Below, piece after piece: positions 21,594 to 34,216 of a DNA stretch of 64,000 nt; positions within the stretch are counted from its first letter, which is position 1; every line of letters starts with the position of its first letter. Under the pieces are notes generated by a model. The model was given only the letters and a program-made list of their open reading frames with translations, did no database searches and was not told where the DNA came from. Position numbers and translations under genes: made by a program. Source of the stretch: Macrostomum hystrix (Eukaryota > Animalia > Platyhelminthes); assembly GCA_950097015.1 (NCBI GenBank), contig CATNEN010000003.1, positions 2,170,001 to 2,234,000 on the forward strand, written 5' to 3'.

Positions 21594-22147
21594 GCAGACT
21601 GGCTGCGTACCCTATGAGGTTGAAGGGTGACACCTTTTCCTCAGAGCCGTAGCCAGAGGTACCTGATCACGCACAGGTGCACGAACGCTGCGGACTGGCC
21701 GCATACCCTGTTAAGGTCGAAGGGTGACACCTTTCCCCCCGAGCCGGAGCCAGAGGTACCTGATCACGCACAGGTGGGCGAAAAACTGCGGACTGGCCGC
21801 ATGCCCTGTTAAAGGTCGAAGGGTGACACCTTTCCCTCAGAGCCGTAGCCAGAGGTACCTGATCACGCACAGGTGCACGAACGCTGCGGACTGGCCGCAT
21901 ACCCTGTTAAGGTCAAAGGGTGACACCTTTCCCTCAGAGCCGAAGCCAGAGGTACCTGATCACGCACAGGTGCACGAAAAATGCGGACTGGCCGCATACC
22001 CTGTTGAGGTCAAAGGGTGACACCTTTCCCTCAGAGCCGTAGCCATGAGGTACCTGATCACGCACAGGTGCACGAACGCTGCGGACAGGCCGCATACCCT
22101 GTTAAGGTCAAAGGGTGACACCTTTCCCTCCAGCCGGGGCTAGAGGT
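21594..22147 (-). repeat. ~98-bp tandem monomers (about 5.6 copies) in the LINE 5' UTR
   Basis: The GCGGACTGGCC-like motif recurs at 21594, 21690, 21788, 21886, 21983 and 22081. Confidence 0.92.
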
Positions 22148-24328
22148 GCCCATTTTGGCCAGGGGCCCTGGATGGGTCATCCAGCGCTGTTGCCCATTCT
22201 GTCCGGCAGCCCTAGGGGCAGCCTTGAACACTCGCGGGGCGTGTACCCATGGGTCAGCTGACGGGACAGCGTGGAGGGATTCCTGCACCCGAAGGCACAG
22301 GTCTCCTTCCTGCCAAACCTGCTCAAGGAGCGACTGCAGGTGTGAGGCATCGCAGACCTTAGCCCGTGGGCCTGGTCTGTCTCATACCTCACAGGCGCTG
22401 TGTCCCGCCGGTGCGAGCGAATGTTGGATACGGACTTCGGTACTTGTTTACCTCAAAGCCGTCGAAAAAACTGAAACTGAAAGAAGCAAATTAGTAAACA
22501 TGGTTAAATTAATGGATGTATGACATTATACTACGCAGTTTGTTGCTGTTGCAATTTTAAATTTTAGGGGAATTAAAAAATGAATTCTGCAAAGTTACAG
22601 TTCTGAATATTTTATCTGTAATCGAATATGCAAAATCCACCGTATTGCCATTGAATTACCCATAGTCACCTTTTTGTATGTACTGCTGCCTTTTAAAAAT
22701 TCTAAATGACAACCCATTCTTTGGTACTCACAGCGTCATTAGAACAGTTTCGATCACTCGTCAGACGCTTGGCCCAATCTTTCAGAGAGTCGACCGAACT
22801 GCCAGTAAATGGTAAATCCTGAAGGATGGGTCTGTTAGTAGGCTGTCGAACAGCAGAACTGGCTCCGACACCACGAGAAGAGCTCGAGTTTTGTAGAGTT
22901 AAGACCAGCAGGTGGAGATCGCTCAGTTTTGAGGATAGGACGCCGATGGAACTATGCATCGAGCGTTGGACGTCTGAAAGTAATTCAACGAACGTACTTG
23001 GGCGCCAGGCAAGAACACACATCTAGAGGCTTAAATCGATTGCGATTAAATCGATCAAGAAAATAAAATAAATGCCACAATTATTAAACCCTTAAAGAAA
23101 ATTCCCCTTTTCCAGATGTAAGCATGCATATTGCGGTACAATTTTACTTTGGCACTAGCTTCTAATATGAAGCCGTTTTAAACTTACTTTCAAGGCGTGT
23201 CAAAGTTGTGACGATCGTCTCTAATGTGTCCTTAAAATCTGCGTCGGAATGGCGCACCGAAGAGGACCGGGCGGTTGCAGAATGCTGCGCCAACGGAAAA
23301 GCTGCCGCAGAGGCGGCGGCGGCAGGAGCGAAGCTGCGTGCCAATGGGCTCTGGCTGCTGCATTGAAGCGACGGAGAAGCTGCGGTGGCAACGGGAGCGA
23401 AGCTGCGTGCCAATGGGCTCTGGCTGCTGCATTGAAGCGACGGAGAATCTGCGGCTGCGGGAGCAAAGTTTTGCCTCGACTGGAGACAATTAGGATTAGG
23501 AGACAACGCCGATGCTGAATTAATTGTGCTGATAATCGACAGAGGCTGAAATTGCTGCAGCTGAACTTGAAACCTAGGCGGTGCTGTAGATGAATTCTTT
23601 GCAACATTGCTTTTTGGCTTCGTAGTAGCTTTGTTTCGAACCCTTGGTTGCGAATCATAACTTTCTTGGTGAAAATGCATGACATCTCGACGCCTTCGAG
23701 GATTTTCAGTGTCCGTGGAATCGACATCTCCCCACTCTTCATATCGCTTGCTCGCAGTGGCAGCAGAGTGATAGTTCTCTGAATAGAAGGAATTAAAGCG
23801 GCAAATTGAATCTTAAATAGTTTTGAAAAGAACATTGACATTTTAAATTTCTTTTGCCTGAAAACACAATTAAGCAATTTTCTCAGAGTTCAACTACGTC
23901 TGAATGATTGTATGCAGAATTTTTTTGCACAAAAATTGAGCAGTTTAGCTCACCTTTGGATGTAAGAATACAGACTTCATATGCTGACCAACTGTCGTCG
24001 GGTGGTGACTTTTCCGGATTCGCAATGCAACTTTTGAATTTCTTGACTGGGGGAAACAAAGCAGTAGTCTCGCTCTGCATCCATGAGCGGTGAATTACTT
24101 CAACTTCATTGGTTTCAACAAAGCGAACTACAACAAAAGGGCTCATGTCCATGCTTTCAATTCTCAATGAGGTCTGCTGAAAAGATAATGATTGAAGCTT
24201 TGGCTTAACAATATTGTGTATAGAAATAGGATACTTAATGTAATATAATGAGCATAAATATTATAAATGAGTAACTAAATAATGCACTATTTCTTCCTTT
24301 CTTAAATTCAGTAATGTTACATTTAAGC

Positions 24329-24385
24329 AGTGATGGGCACCGCTAAATTTATTTTTAGCGCGGCTAAATAGCGCTGTCGCTAACT
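24329..24385 (+). mobile_element. Possible hAT-like terminal fragment
   Basis: CAGTGATGGG followed by short CGCT/AGCG repeats. No partner end was found. Confidence 0.3.
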
Positions 24386-24735
24386 AGTTAAAGGAAAGAT
24401 TTTATAAACAGTCACTAAAATCAATTATTGGTGCATTTTTGCAAAAACAAAACAATTGTGTGTAAATTGAATCAATTGAAATTTGTTATACACTTATAGT
24501 CATTATAGACAGTTAATAAAACAAAGGCGTATATGGTGTAACCATGATATTTTTATTGCACTAAATAAAAAAAAATACATATACATGAATATGATGAGGA
24601 TACTATGATAGAATGAAGACAATTGAAGCCGAAGATTTAAAGCACCAATTAATGATTTCATTGACAGTTGCACTTTACAAGTTACAAAAAAAATTGTGGG
24701 ATGCACAAACACTTGCATGGAATAATAGTCAAGGT

Positions 24736-26935
24736 TTAATGATCAACTAGGGTATGCAAAATTGGGAGAATACACTTGCGGCTTCTTAGGCTAAGGAGCA
24801 TTGCCTTACCAAAGAAGTCTACCCAGTGCACAGCAGTGAGTGAGCCCCTTCGTTTTCCAACTTGAAAGATATTTAAAGACATTGAATTAATTGTTTCATT
24901 ATATAGGGCTGTTTGAGTAGTAAACCTGCGTCCAAAAAAAACACATCCAACATCAGTAGACAGGATATAGGACACAGAAATAGCAAGACCCTCACGGGTT
25001 AAAATATAACAATCTGGACTATCAATGGAAATAAAAGTGTCCCGTAAAAGAATATTAACTTTTCTGTACACACCAAAAACTTAAACTCCATGTGGCAGAA
25101 ATTCTATATCTGATGATGCAATTGAATGGTGACTGAGCAGAAGCTAAATATTTAGGAAAAAAACCGAGAGTTACATCTCTCTCAGAAATTCTTTTTACTG
25201 TTTGCTCAAGTGCAAAACGAGGACTTCGACAAAACTGAGTGATGAAGCGTATAAAATTTTCACCCCAAAAGCAACTAAAACTGTTTAATGCACCCCGACG
25301 CTGCACTTCAGAAGGAATATGAATGATTGAATGTATGGTATACACAATAAACTTGTCACCCCAAATTAGCTTACACTCTTTAACAATTTGAGCAGCCAAA
25401 GTTTCAGCATATGCACAGAATGATTGACACTCTATAGGGTGTGACAAAATGAAAACAAAAGAATGCAATGATGAAAATAAGTTATACAAAGAATCGGGGA
25501 TATTTCCTACTAGAACAAAAGGTGCTAGATACAAAATGAACAACCTTAACTCTGTTGCCTTCCAAAGACCTAAGCACTCCAATGATCGAGGCTTACGAGC
25601 AAAGTCATGTGGAATACAGTCCATAATAGAAACCAGATCATTACTGATTTGACGAATTTGAGGTCCAGAAGCCCGATGTGGCAACTGGCCTTTGCTAAGA
25701 TTTTTAAGACATTTAAGGACAATACCTTCATAGATTAGGTGCATAGGGTCTAAAGGAAAATCATGCACCATGTCAACAGGTAGACGAAAGAATGGGCTCT
25801 GTTGCAGAACATGATTGGGATACTCATCAGATCTCAAACCAAAATCTGTTCGCAATGTAGCATCTAGATCAGCAAATGTTACCCTTCTATCACAATATTC
25901 CCCTTCAACAATACATTTATCACACCCAAAATAGCCCCAACATGCCTTTGTGCCTTTAACAAAACTACGTGCTGGTGAATCACAGGTTATCATAGAGATT
26001 CTAAATGGGAAAATTAAATCCAATTCAGATGCAACACTAGTAACATAGCCATTGGTAATTAAATCATGCAACTCATTAATACAGTCAGATAAGAAATCGG
26101 TTGCAGATTGAGGCTTGCCTGTCCCATAATATAAGCCAACAATAAAGACAGAGTGAGGCAAATTTGAAATTCTAGCCAATATAGGCCACATTGTGTGCGT
26201 TGTGCTATGGTGGACCTTAGCTCCATCAATAAAGAGATGCAACTCTAAAGTCTGGCAAGAATGGGCAATAGAATGGCTAAATAAAAAGTCAAGTCCAGCT
26301 TTTACTCCAAAATGATAGTAATGTCCTGGATATACAGAACGAAATTGGAGCTTCCTAGGTGTTTTCAATAGTGATCGGTAGTCAAGCAAGACCTGGAAAC
26401 TCTTCTTGCAAACTTTTAAGCAGATGATTCACACATGTTGTTTCTGGTCCAGTTGCATTAGCCCAGTCACGAAGCAAATTTTCTAGCCTTGCACATTGGT
26501 CATCAACATTGTCATCTTCAGACCCAGAAGAAGAATTAATTTGAGAAATAGTTGAGACTCCTAAATGCCCAAAAAGCAAGATGCAAATTACAAAAAATGG
26601 ATTGAACTTGCCTAGTTTGTTTTTTTCTAAAGTCTTGTGTATATACAGGGCCTAATATACTTAGTATTTAGTCTTCAAGTTACTTTCATTACATTACAGA
26701 CACAACTAAAAAACTTGTACAATGCAAAAATGTTAAGAACAAGCTATAAAAGCAAAACTATGAGAAACTTACCATTATTCAATGAATTATCATCAGGAAG
26801 CTTACACATTTCTTCTAGTTCCAACTGAGATACATTATTAGACTCCATTGCACATGGGATCTCAGGCATTTCAGCTTCTAAATAGTTTTGACTACTAGCA
26901 CTTCCTGAAGCAGCTTCTTGATAGCTTCTTTTCAA
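24736..26935 (-). pseudogene. EnSpm/CACTA-type transposase, frameshifted
   Basis: Motifs RSLLKTP, FIDG...WPIL, YYGTGKP, CDSPARSF, GYFGCDKC, LDPMHL, WKATELRLF and FSCFWGEN. Split over ORFs 26382-26579, 25055-26389 and 24736-25071, plus an upstream exon. Confidence 0.85.
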
Positions 26936-28640
26936 ATGCCGTTGAATAGTTCGTTTGCTTTTGCTTTTCTTATATTAATTACTATCAATGACTACAAAAC
27001 TGCCAACTGCAACAGGCTCCTTAGGAACAGATTCTGACTGATCTGCAGTGGTGACCATTGAAAAAATCAAATAGGCCATAACGAGCAAAGTAAAAATGCT
27101 AGGTGGTACAGCAAGTAACATGGCCAACATGACTTTCCTCTTTATGCTGAAAATTATGTAAATAATTTAAATATAAATAATATATAATTCATTTTTAATT
27201 CATAATTCATGCCTAAGAGCTAGGCTATATACTATATGATAAATATATGTGATATATTATTGAATTTAATGAGAACTGAGAACTTACAAACAAGGAAAAA
27301 TAGGCCTAGCTATTAGGCAATCTTACAATCTAAGGGTAAGATAATAAGCACTCACTAGGCCTAGCTATTGAGCTACTTTCAAATAGCTAGCTAGCTATAG
27401 AGTTAAAGTAGCTAATAAATATTGAAAATATAAGACTTAGACTTAGTAACTTAGTACTTTATACATTATATAGATAGAAAATACTTATTCAGCAATTCTG
27501 TTTTGTACTCATTAACTGATTATCTTCTGCAATTGATATATATTATTGATACCATTTTAGGCCTTACCAACATGGGCCTAGTAAGAATAAGGGTGCGCCA
27601 GAATAAGATATGCCTAGGGCCTAGACAACCTAGGCTAGGCCTAGCTGAGCTAAACTAAAATTAATTAGAGAAGTATATCAATAGCTAAATAATCAGCCTA
27701 AGTTATGTCTTATGATGCAGGCTTCATATTTATTGAATATGACCAAAATTTGAACATTTGAAAATTTGAGCAGAAAGTAGAAAAATTCCTAGATATTAGA
27801 AAGTAGGGAAGTAGCCAATTCACATCACATGAACTGACACAAGCCCCTAAATGTATTGGCGACGAATTCAATACAAACAGCAGCACAGCTTGCTTTCCAA
27901 ACACATGATTAGCGCTCTGTATGGAACATAACACCACAAGCTTATGGTAAATACTAAAGAGCATTATCTATGTAATGTTAGTATTTGAAAAGTGGGTTTC
28001 CATAGGCCTATACTGCGATCTAGTATAATAGAGCCGCAGAGCGTAAAAAGACTTTACATAGCTCTAACCGATCTTTTAAAGTGTCGTAAAACAAATTTAT
28101 TTAAAAAAAATTTATGTGCGGCGCACTCTGCAAATATGATCACATTGCTACAAAAATAGTTTTTTTTGTAATTCTTTTGTTTCTGTTATTTTATGCAGAA
28201 ATTATCAGAAAGGAACAACTATATTATAAAATACCTGATCACATCAACGTTACTGCAACGTTGCTGCAACCAATGATTTTCAATGTTAATGGCATCAACT
28301 TTAGCAATGTTGCTGCAACAAAACATGGCACTAGAGGGAACAGCTGTAAAAGTGTAAGCAAACATTAAACATTAAACATAAATTATGACAAATTTTCGCG
28401 TGAATTCAAATTAGTGAATATAGCGAAGGAAACCTCAACATTGCCCGAATTTTAAGTTATGGCATCCTTGCTTGGTAAAAAATCTAATCAGAATGTAGGT
28501 AGGACTGACAATTGGATGCCTCACATTATCTTTATATACTAGCCTAACCAGGATCAATCAAGAGATGTCAAGATCATGATTGAATTTGAATGTACTTTGT
28601 TTTGTAGTTCTGAGTTCTGACAAGACTGAGTTTGACAGTG

Positions 28641-30215
28641 TGATGTGGAGTGTGCTGCGGGAATCGAGTGGGAATGTGAGCCAGCGGAATTTTTCAATTT
28701 TTTAGGCAATCAATAATCGCGACCCACCTAGCAGCTGGCCACAAACAAAATCATTAATCTTAGGGCCGGGTTTTGGGCGGCGGTGAATTAAGTAGCCGTC
28801 GAATCCCTTTTCCCTGGATCTGTCTAGACCCCTGTAGGAATGACTGATCGCGGCCATAGCTTTTATTGTATGAGTAGTTTAGGTCATAATTCCCCTCCAA
28901 ACCGCGATCAGATATTGGGAATCACTCGGGCATTATGAGTGATCATTAATTCTTCATGTCCCCACTTCTTTACAGTATTCGAGCCCAGCTCGACTTTATG
29001 ACCTCCTCTCTTAGATACATGTAAATGTCACTGTAGGCAGGTCGGCGCCTGCGCTTCCCATTGTCCTGGCGGAGTAACAATTATTGGCCGACTGTCGGCG
29101 GCTGCTCGTGAAGGAGCATCTGTCGTTTCTCGCCGCTGGTTCATTGGGTAATCGGGGTGGCCATCGCCGCTTCGATTCCTCGATGACAGGCTGGCGCGAA
29201 TGTGGGTTATTTTGATGGATGTCGGGGTTGGCGTGCTGCAGGACTATTTAAGAAAGCGCGCTGCGCTGCCCCTAGGACAACCTAACCTTTTCCCGGACCT
29301 CGACCTATCTCACTGCCGGGCCGGACTCCCACCGGACCCAAAGCACTTTTCCGGACCCACGTAGGGCTTAGACCCTAGAGCTATAAGCTCAGACAAGTGC
29401 TCACAGGCTCATTGCCTGCTCCCCATCCATTAGTAGCGCAAGCCACCTCTTTAGGTGAGCACTAAATTGAGCCACTGAGCTAATGTGTAGGCTGCAGTCT
29501 AATGTAAAGAATGTGCCTGATGTTTCCACGAGTAGGATTCCGGCTATGGATTTTCATTCGAGTTCTTAGTACCACCTTTCTAGACCCCTGTAGCGCGAAT
29601 TCAGGAATCCCCTTTTGAGGCGTGTCTCGATCCATTCCGGGGCTCTCACCCCAGTCTAAAACGGAAGTTGCAGAATGCCCTATTTTTCGGCTTGTCTAGA
29701 TCTGCGTGATAAACTAGGAGCTGTGTACTCCGGGGACCCAAGTTCCCAAATGTCTGCGGTGGCAACGTAGGCGCATTGGGTGGTGGCGCTACCTGAGATC
29801 ATTTTCCGCTTTGCCAATAGCCCTTCCGCATTTCTGCGACAAGAGCCTGGGCCGTTTCGACCACCGCTACCAAGGCTAGGAGTCAGTTACTTACACGCTA
29901 CTGACGGCAGTAGACTAGTTAGCCCTGCCCTGTCCGATTCCGGGCAGTCCGACCCTCTTCTTAGACTTTTAGCCGGTTTCGAGCATTGCTTGGGGTAGGC
30001 ACGGCTGTCACGCCTGTGGCCTATGGGACGAGTGGGACTGGCCAGCCTGAGGCCGATAGGACCACTCCCTGCATCCGCTGAACCTCCCTTCATCTCTCTC
30101 TCTCTCCGCGAAATCTCGCGTGCAGCTGGCGGTCATTTAAGTCGACTCTGTCGCCCGCCCTAAGAATCTTCTCTCACGAGTGCAGGTCAGCGCTTGCAAA
30201 CACCCACCCATTTCA
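28641..30215 (+). mobile_element. Solo LTR, family 1, with a ~0.7-kb internal deletion
   Basis: TGATGTGG...TTTCA with AGTG TSD. Deletion junction near 29480. Confidence 0.92.
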
Positions 30216-31131
30216 AGTGCTACAAAATAATGTATTATAATGTATTATAATACTTAAATTTACTATTTTGTCGATTCTGATAATAATTAATTATTATCAT
30301 ATATATTAAAATTAAATCCATCTTCTAGATATACCCTGATGGCCTGAGCTCTAGGAGTCAAGTGTTCTAGACATTATCCTACAGCTACAGGTTCAGGTAG
30401 ACTGAAAACACAAATAGCATGCCATGTAACCTCTTCCTCAGCATGCGATGCATGTGCACTGGGTCCAGCTGGCAATTGGCGACATACACACACAGTGCAT
30501 GTGAGGTTATGCAACGTTTAGCAGTCAATACAACTGAGCCCATATATATACCAAAAAAGCAATTATTGACTATGGCAATATATATAAATTTATATTAACA
30601 ATCGCAATGGAATTAGAAACAAATTCGTTTGCTGTCTAAATAAATCAGCAACTGCAAACCGGCTTAGAATCCTAGATTAATGATGTGTAAAAAGCAAAGA
30701 GATCTGCATATACAGACTGCATTCAACATTGTTTCTGTCTAAAGCAGCTTGCAGATTGCGAGCTTTTACATAAAACTATATGCAACTTTCCTATATACTA
30801 AATCCTTTATACAAAAACTCACTTTTTACACTTCCTTCCGAATACTTCCTAATACTAAAATTCACTTTAGCTTTCTAAACATATATCGATCGACATCACA
30901 ATCTCTGAAGCGCGCGCTTTGCAGACGGAATAATGCCAATAATTTACTCAAAGCAATTCAAAGCTTAAAATATAAACAAAGTTGTATAATGCAATGGCTT
31001 CACTGTTATTTTATTATTGCATTAACTGTATCATGTAAGTAGCTATTTTATGGACAGTTTTTTAATACATAGTTAAATTGTTATTTTAGTTTAAAAGAAC
31101 TTTTCTACAAATTTTCAGCTGGGGTGAACTC

Positions 31132-33158
31132 ATGACTGCAAAAGCACAATACTGTCTAGTTAATTTTGCTGATGGCAATATGGTAGTATCTGCTAATTGT
31201 TTCTCTGTAGAGAATGATGCAGTTTTACTACTCACTGATTACTCTAGTGCAACAGATCCTAAGCTTGTACGACGTCTGCGTAGACATGACAGTCCACAAA
31301 GTGACTGGAAATCGTACAGTGTTGTTGAATGTCATCTTTGGAATGGTAAGTGTACATATGTTTTTGTGTGCTTGACAGTTCTGCATTTTGCATAGATTTA
31401 GTTTATTCAGTTATAATTGGCTAAGATAGTTCAGATTTGTAGTTTTTATTAATGAATTTCGGTTTTGAATTAACAAATAATCTGAATTACCTGCTTTATC
31501 GGCTGAGACGCTTCGAAGAGACTGGAACTCTAGCTGACACAGATATGGAAGGGAAGAGAAAGCGTACTCAAGTTGAATTCTTTAAAGATTACCAAGATGA
31601 TTCTACTGCCACTGTGCGCCGCCCACGAATCACAAAGTCCCCACTGTCTGCCATTGAGAATATTGGTGCGGCAGCCAGCTTTCCGGTTCCGCCAGATACA
31701 CCTGCAATGGCGATTTCGCAAGCAAAGCAATCAGACGCTATGACAGCACCCTCGACTCCAAAATCTAGCGCTAGTGCTGCTCATTCTGCCCGCCAGTCGC
31801 CGAGGCCAAGCGCTACTTCACAGGCTGTGCGACCGTCGCCGAAGACCAGCACTTCCTCGCAGCCTACGCGACCGTCGCCGGGGCCAAGCGCTACTTCACA
31901 GGCTGTGCGACCGTCGCCGAAGACCAGCACTTCCTCGCAGCCTACGCGACCGTCGCCGGGGCCAAGCGCTACTGTTCAGTCTGAGCGGCTGCATATGCTA
32001 TCAACAGATAATGCCACAATGCCAGGATCATTCGGTCAATGTCATTGCAAGCATGTGGAAAGTAAGATTCAAGTGAAAACTTTACATAGTTAATAGTTTA
32101 TTTTCTGAACATAATCGTCTTTAATTAAATAAGATGTTGAACTCCTGCTTTCACTTTTAGATTGACTAAAACTCATACTTGAGCGTCTTGTTGCAGTGGA
32201 AGAAAGGTGCATCACTGCATCAAGCAGAGAAGAAATGTCTGCGCAAACAGCTGCTTTAGTCCGGTCATTGCCATGCAGGTCATTGGATGAATTTATTGAC
32301 TTCGATGGACGTGTTCAAACCGATGAGGAACTGCGGGCTGCTTACGTATGTAAAATATTTCTTATTTGTTTATTAATTCATTAACATCATATTCGGTTTG
32401 AAATTCGATCTTACGACATTTCTGATTTTAGCTTATTTACTGTGTGAAGAGATCCGACAACATTGTCAAGCTTTCTGATGCAGTAAATTCGATGCTTGTT
32501 TGGACGGCCAGTGCTGGAGTCCTCAGCCATTTCAATATGCAAGGGCGTAAATCTAAAATGAGGCTTCCAACATCAATCACTGAATGTATTGTCCGTAAGT
32601 ACTTTAAGTTTAGTTTCTTAAAAATGTGTGACAAACTTTTAAGGATAGCAAATTATAGTTTTTAAGATGTAATGCTCCATTCGAAAAACCTGCGGCGGCA
32701 GCTTGGCTCGACGTCTGCTTTGTCCTTCATCGGCAGCATCCTAAAACGAATGACTCGAAAAGCCAATATACTGCTAAAGCGCTCGACACAGGATCCTGCG
32801 GATTCCTTGCAACACGATGGCAACGCAGACGACGGTGGCGGCTTTGACAGCAATAGTGACGGTGGCAGCCTTGGCGATGCGGACGACCGGGACCCTGATG
32901 ACGTGGGCAGCCTTGGCGATGCGGACGACCCGGACCCTGATGTCGGGGGCAACCTTGGCGATGCGGACGACCCGGACCCTGATGACGTGGGCAGCCTTGG
33001 CGATGCGGACGACCGGGGTCCCTGATGACGTGGGCAGCCTTGGCGATGTGGACGACCCGGACCCTGATGTCAGGGGCAACCTAGGCGGCAGTCACGCTGA
33101 CAAGGACGACAGTTGTCATAGGGACTCTCGGGCCGAGGAAAGTGTGCAACAGGAATGA
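31132..33158 (+). pseudogene. Second DUF4806-like multi-exon EnSpm companion gene
   Basis: Same architecture as 15669-24150: YCLVNFADG...PQSDWKSY exon, S/P-rich repeat exon, LPCRSLDEFIDFD exon, HFNMQGRKSK exon and an Asp-rich tail. It has GT-AG junctions and a disrupted tail. Confidence 0.65.
32865..33086 (+). repeat. Coding minisatellite (GSLGDADDPDPDDV-type, ~39-42-bp unit)
   Basis: CCTTGGCGATGCGGACGACC-like unit repeated about 5 times. Confidence 0.85.
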
Positions 33159-34216
33159 AGGTTATTTGACGTATTGACGCTTCAAGGGACGCGTTTTGGA
33201 CATGTTGATCTCATTTTTGTTGCCAAATTTAAGTATCCAGGGGCCATAGAGTTGCTGAACCAAGTTGTCTCTGCCCAGCTTATTAAAACACTTTTCAATC
33301 AAGGTTGTATTGCTTCTGAGCTACATCAGCTTTTTCCATTCGCTCTATTTATTCGCAGCGTTGTCGTTTTGTTTGGTATTATCATTTACAGCGAACCGTT
33401 CATTTGCCAATTTCAATTAACTGTGTGTGTGTTTATATGTGTTTCCATTTGCTTCTTGACCCATCGCGAATGCATACTGCAGGTGTCTGAAATTTATAAC
33501 TGATCGTGCGATATCCCAGTCCAAAGTTATCAAGGAAAACGACGTTCTCCTTATATATACTAATCCAGAGATAGGATAGTAAATAGAAAGATATCCTCTC
33601 GCGTAATTTAATTTACACAGTATTTATTCAAAGGATTCATTAACTATGCATATTTATTAGTTAAACTAAGTATATATTAACACATACTACGTCAGAGATA
33701 TTTACACATTTAGCTTTTTAAGAAATAAAAATGTTACTCTAAAAGTGTTATGGCAATACTTCTCTGGAGACATTGCGTCGCACAAATAAATCAAAGTAGA
33801 CCCGATGTGCAAGCAGCCCTACTTTCAGGGCAGTAGTATACATACAAATTAGATAAGTGAAATGTTTTTGCAAGTGGACTTAACGCTTCACTTCTTTGTG
33901 CCAAAACTTCGCAGTGTCAAAGTCAGGAGTACAAAAATTACTTTAACCCGCAATAGATAAAATAAGAAATTTTATCCTTACTAAAAACGCACTAGCTCTC
34001 CGCAGTCTGCATCAATGGTACGATCGTTTGGTTATCAATTGTAGTTTAGTATAGAAATGTGCTTTTTAATAAACATCTTTTATCTTATCAGCCGATTTTT
34101 TTACATTGTACGGCTGCGAATAAAAAAGTTCGTCTAAACTACTTCCATCCTGAAATTGGCCTAATGTGACGTGTTTTGATTGAATTATTTTTCTTTCATT
34201 GTAACTCAATACCAAA

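Larger units (their letters stand above)
16259..22418 (-). mobile_element. Full-length non-LTR retrotransposon, LOA-like clade
   Basis: 13-bp TSD GAATGTTGGATAC (16246-16258 and 22419-22431), a short tandem 3' tail (AAGTC/AAGT), two ORFs and tandem repeats in the 5' UTR. Confidence 0.9.
15669..24150 (-). pseudogene. Multi-exon DUF4806-like companion gene of the EnSpm element, split by the LOA LINE
   Basis: First exon is MSPFVVVRFVETNEVEVIHRSW...PPDDSW. Removing the LINE restores RRL*GKQVPKSVSNILYRLMDDTEAQKFSLRG, with a stop where LGG is expected. It has GT-AG junctions and an acidic tail at 15669-16013. Confidence 0.7.
12736..28338 (-). mobile_element. EnSpm/CACTA (CMC)-type DNA transposon with nested solo LTR and LINE
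   Basis: Imperfect TIRs CCCCTAGTGCCAAGTTTGTTGCAGCA and TGCTGCAACAAAACATGGCACTAGAGGG, with AA on both flanks (2-bp TSD). It has TGTTGC-type subterminal repeats and contains a transposase and a companion gene. Confidence 0.8.

Noticed and set aside
21660-21790. Hammerhead ribozyme in the LINE monomers (CTGATCA...CGAAA)
   Set aside because: The core reads CTGATCA rather than CTGANGA, GAAA is missing in most units, and the motif is on the antisense strand of the LINE.
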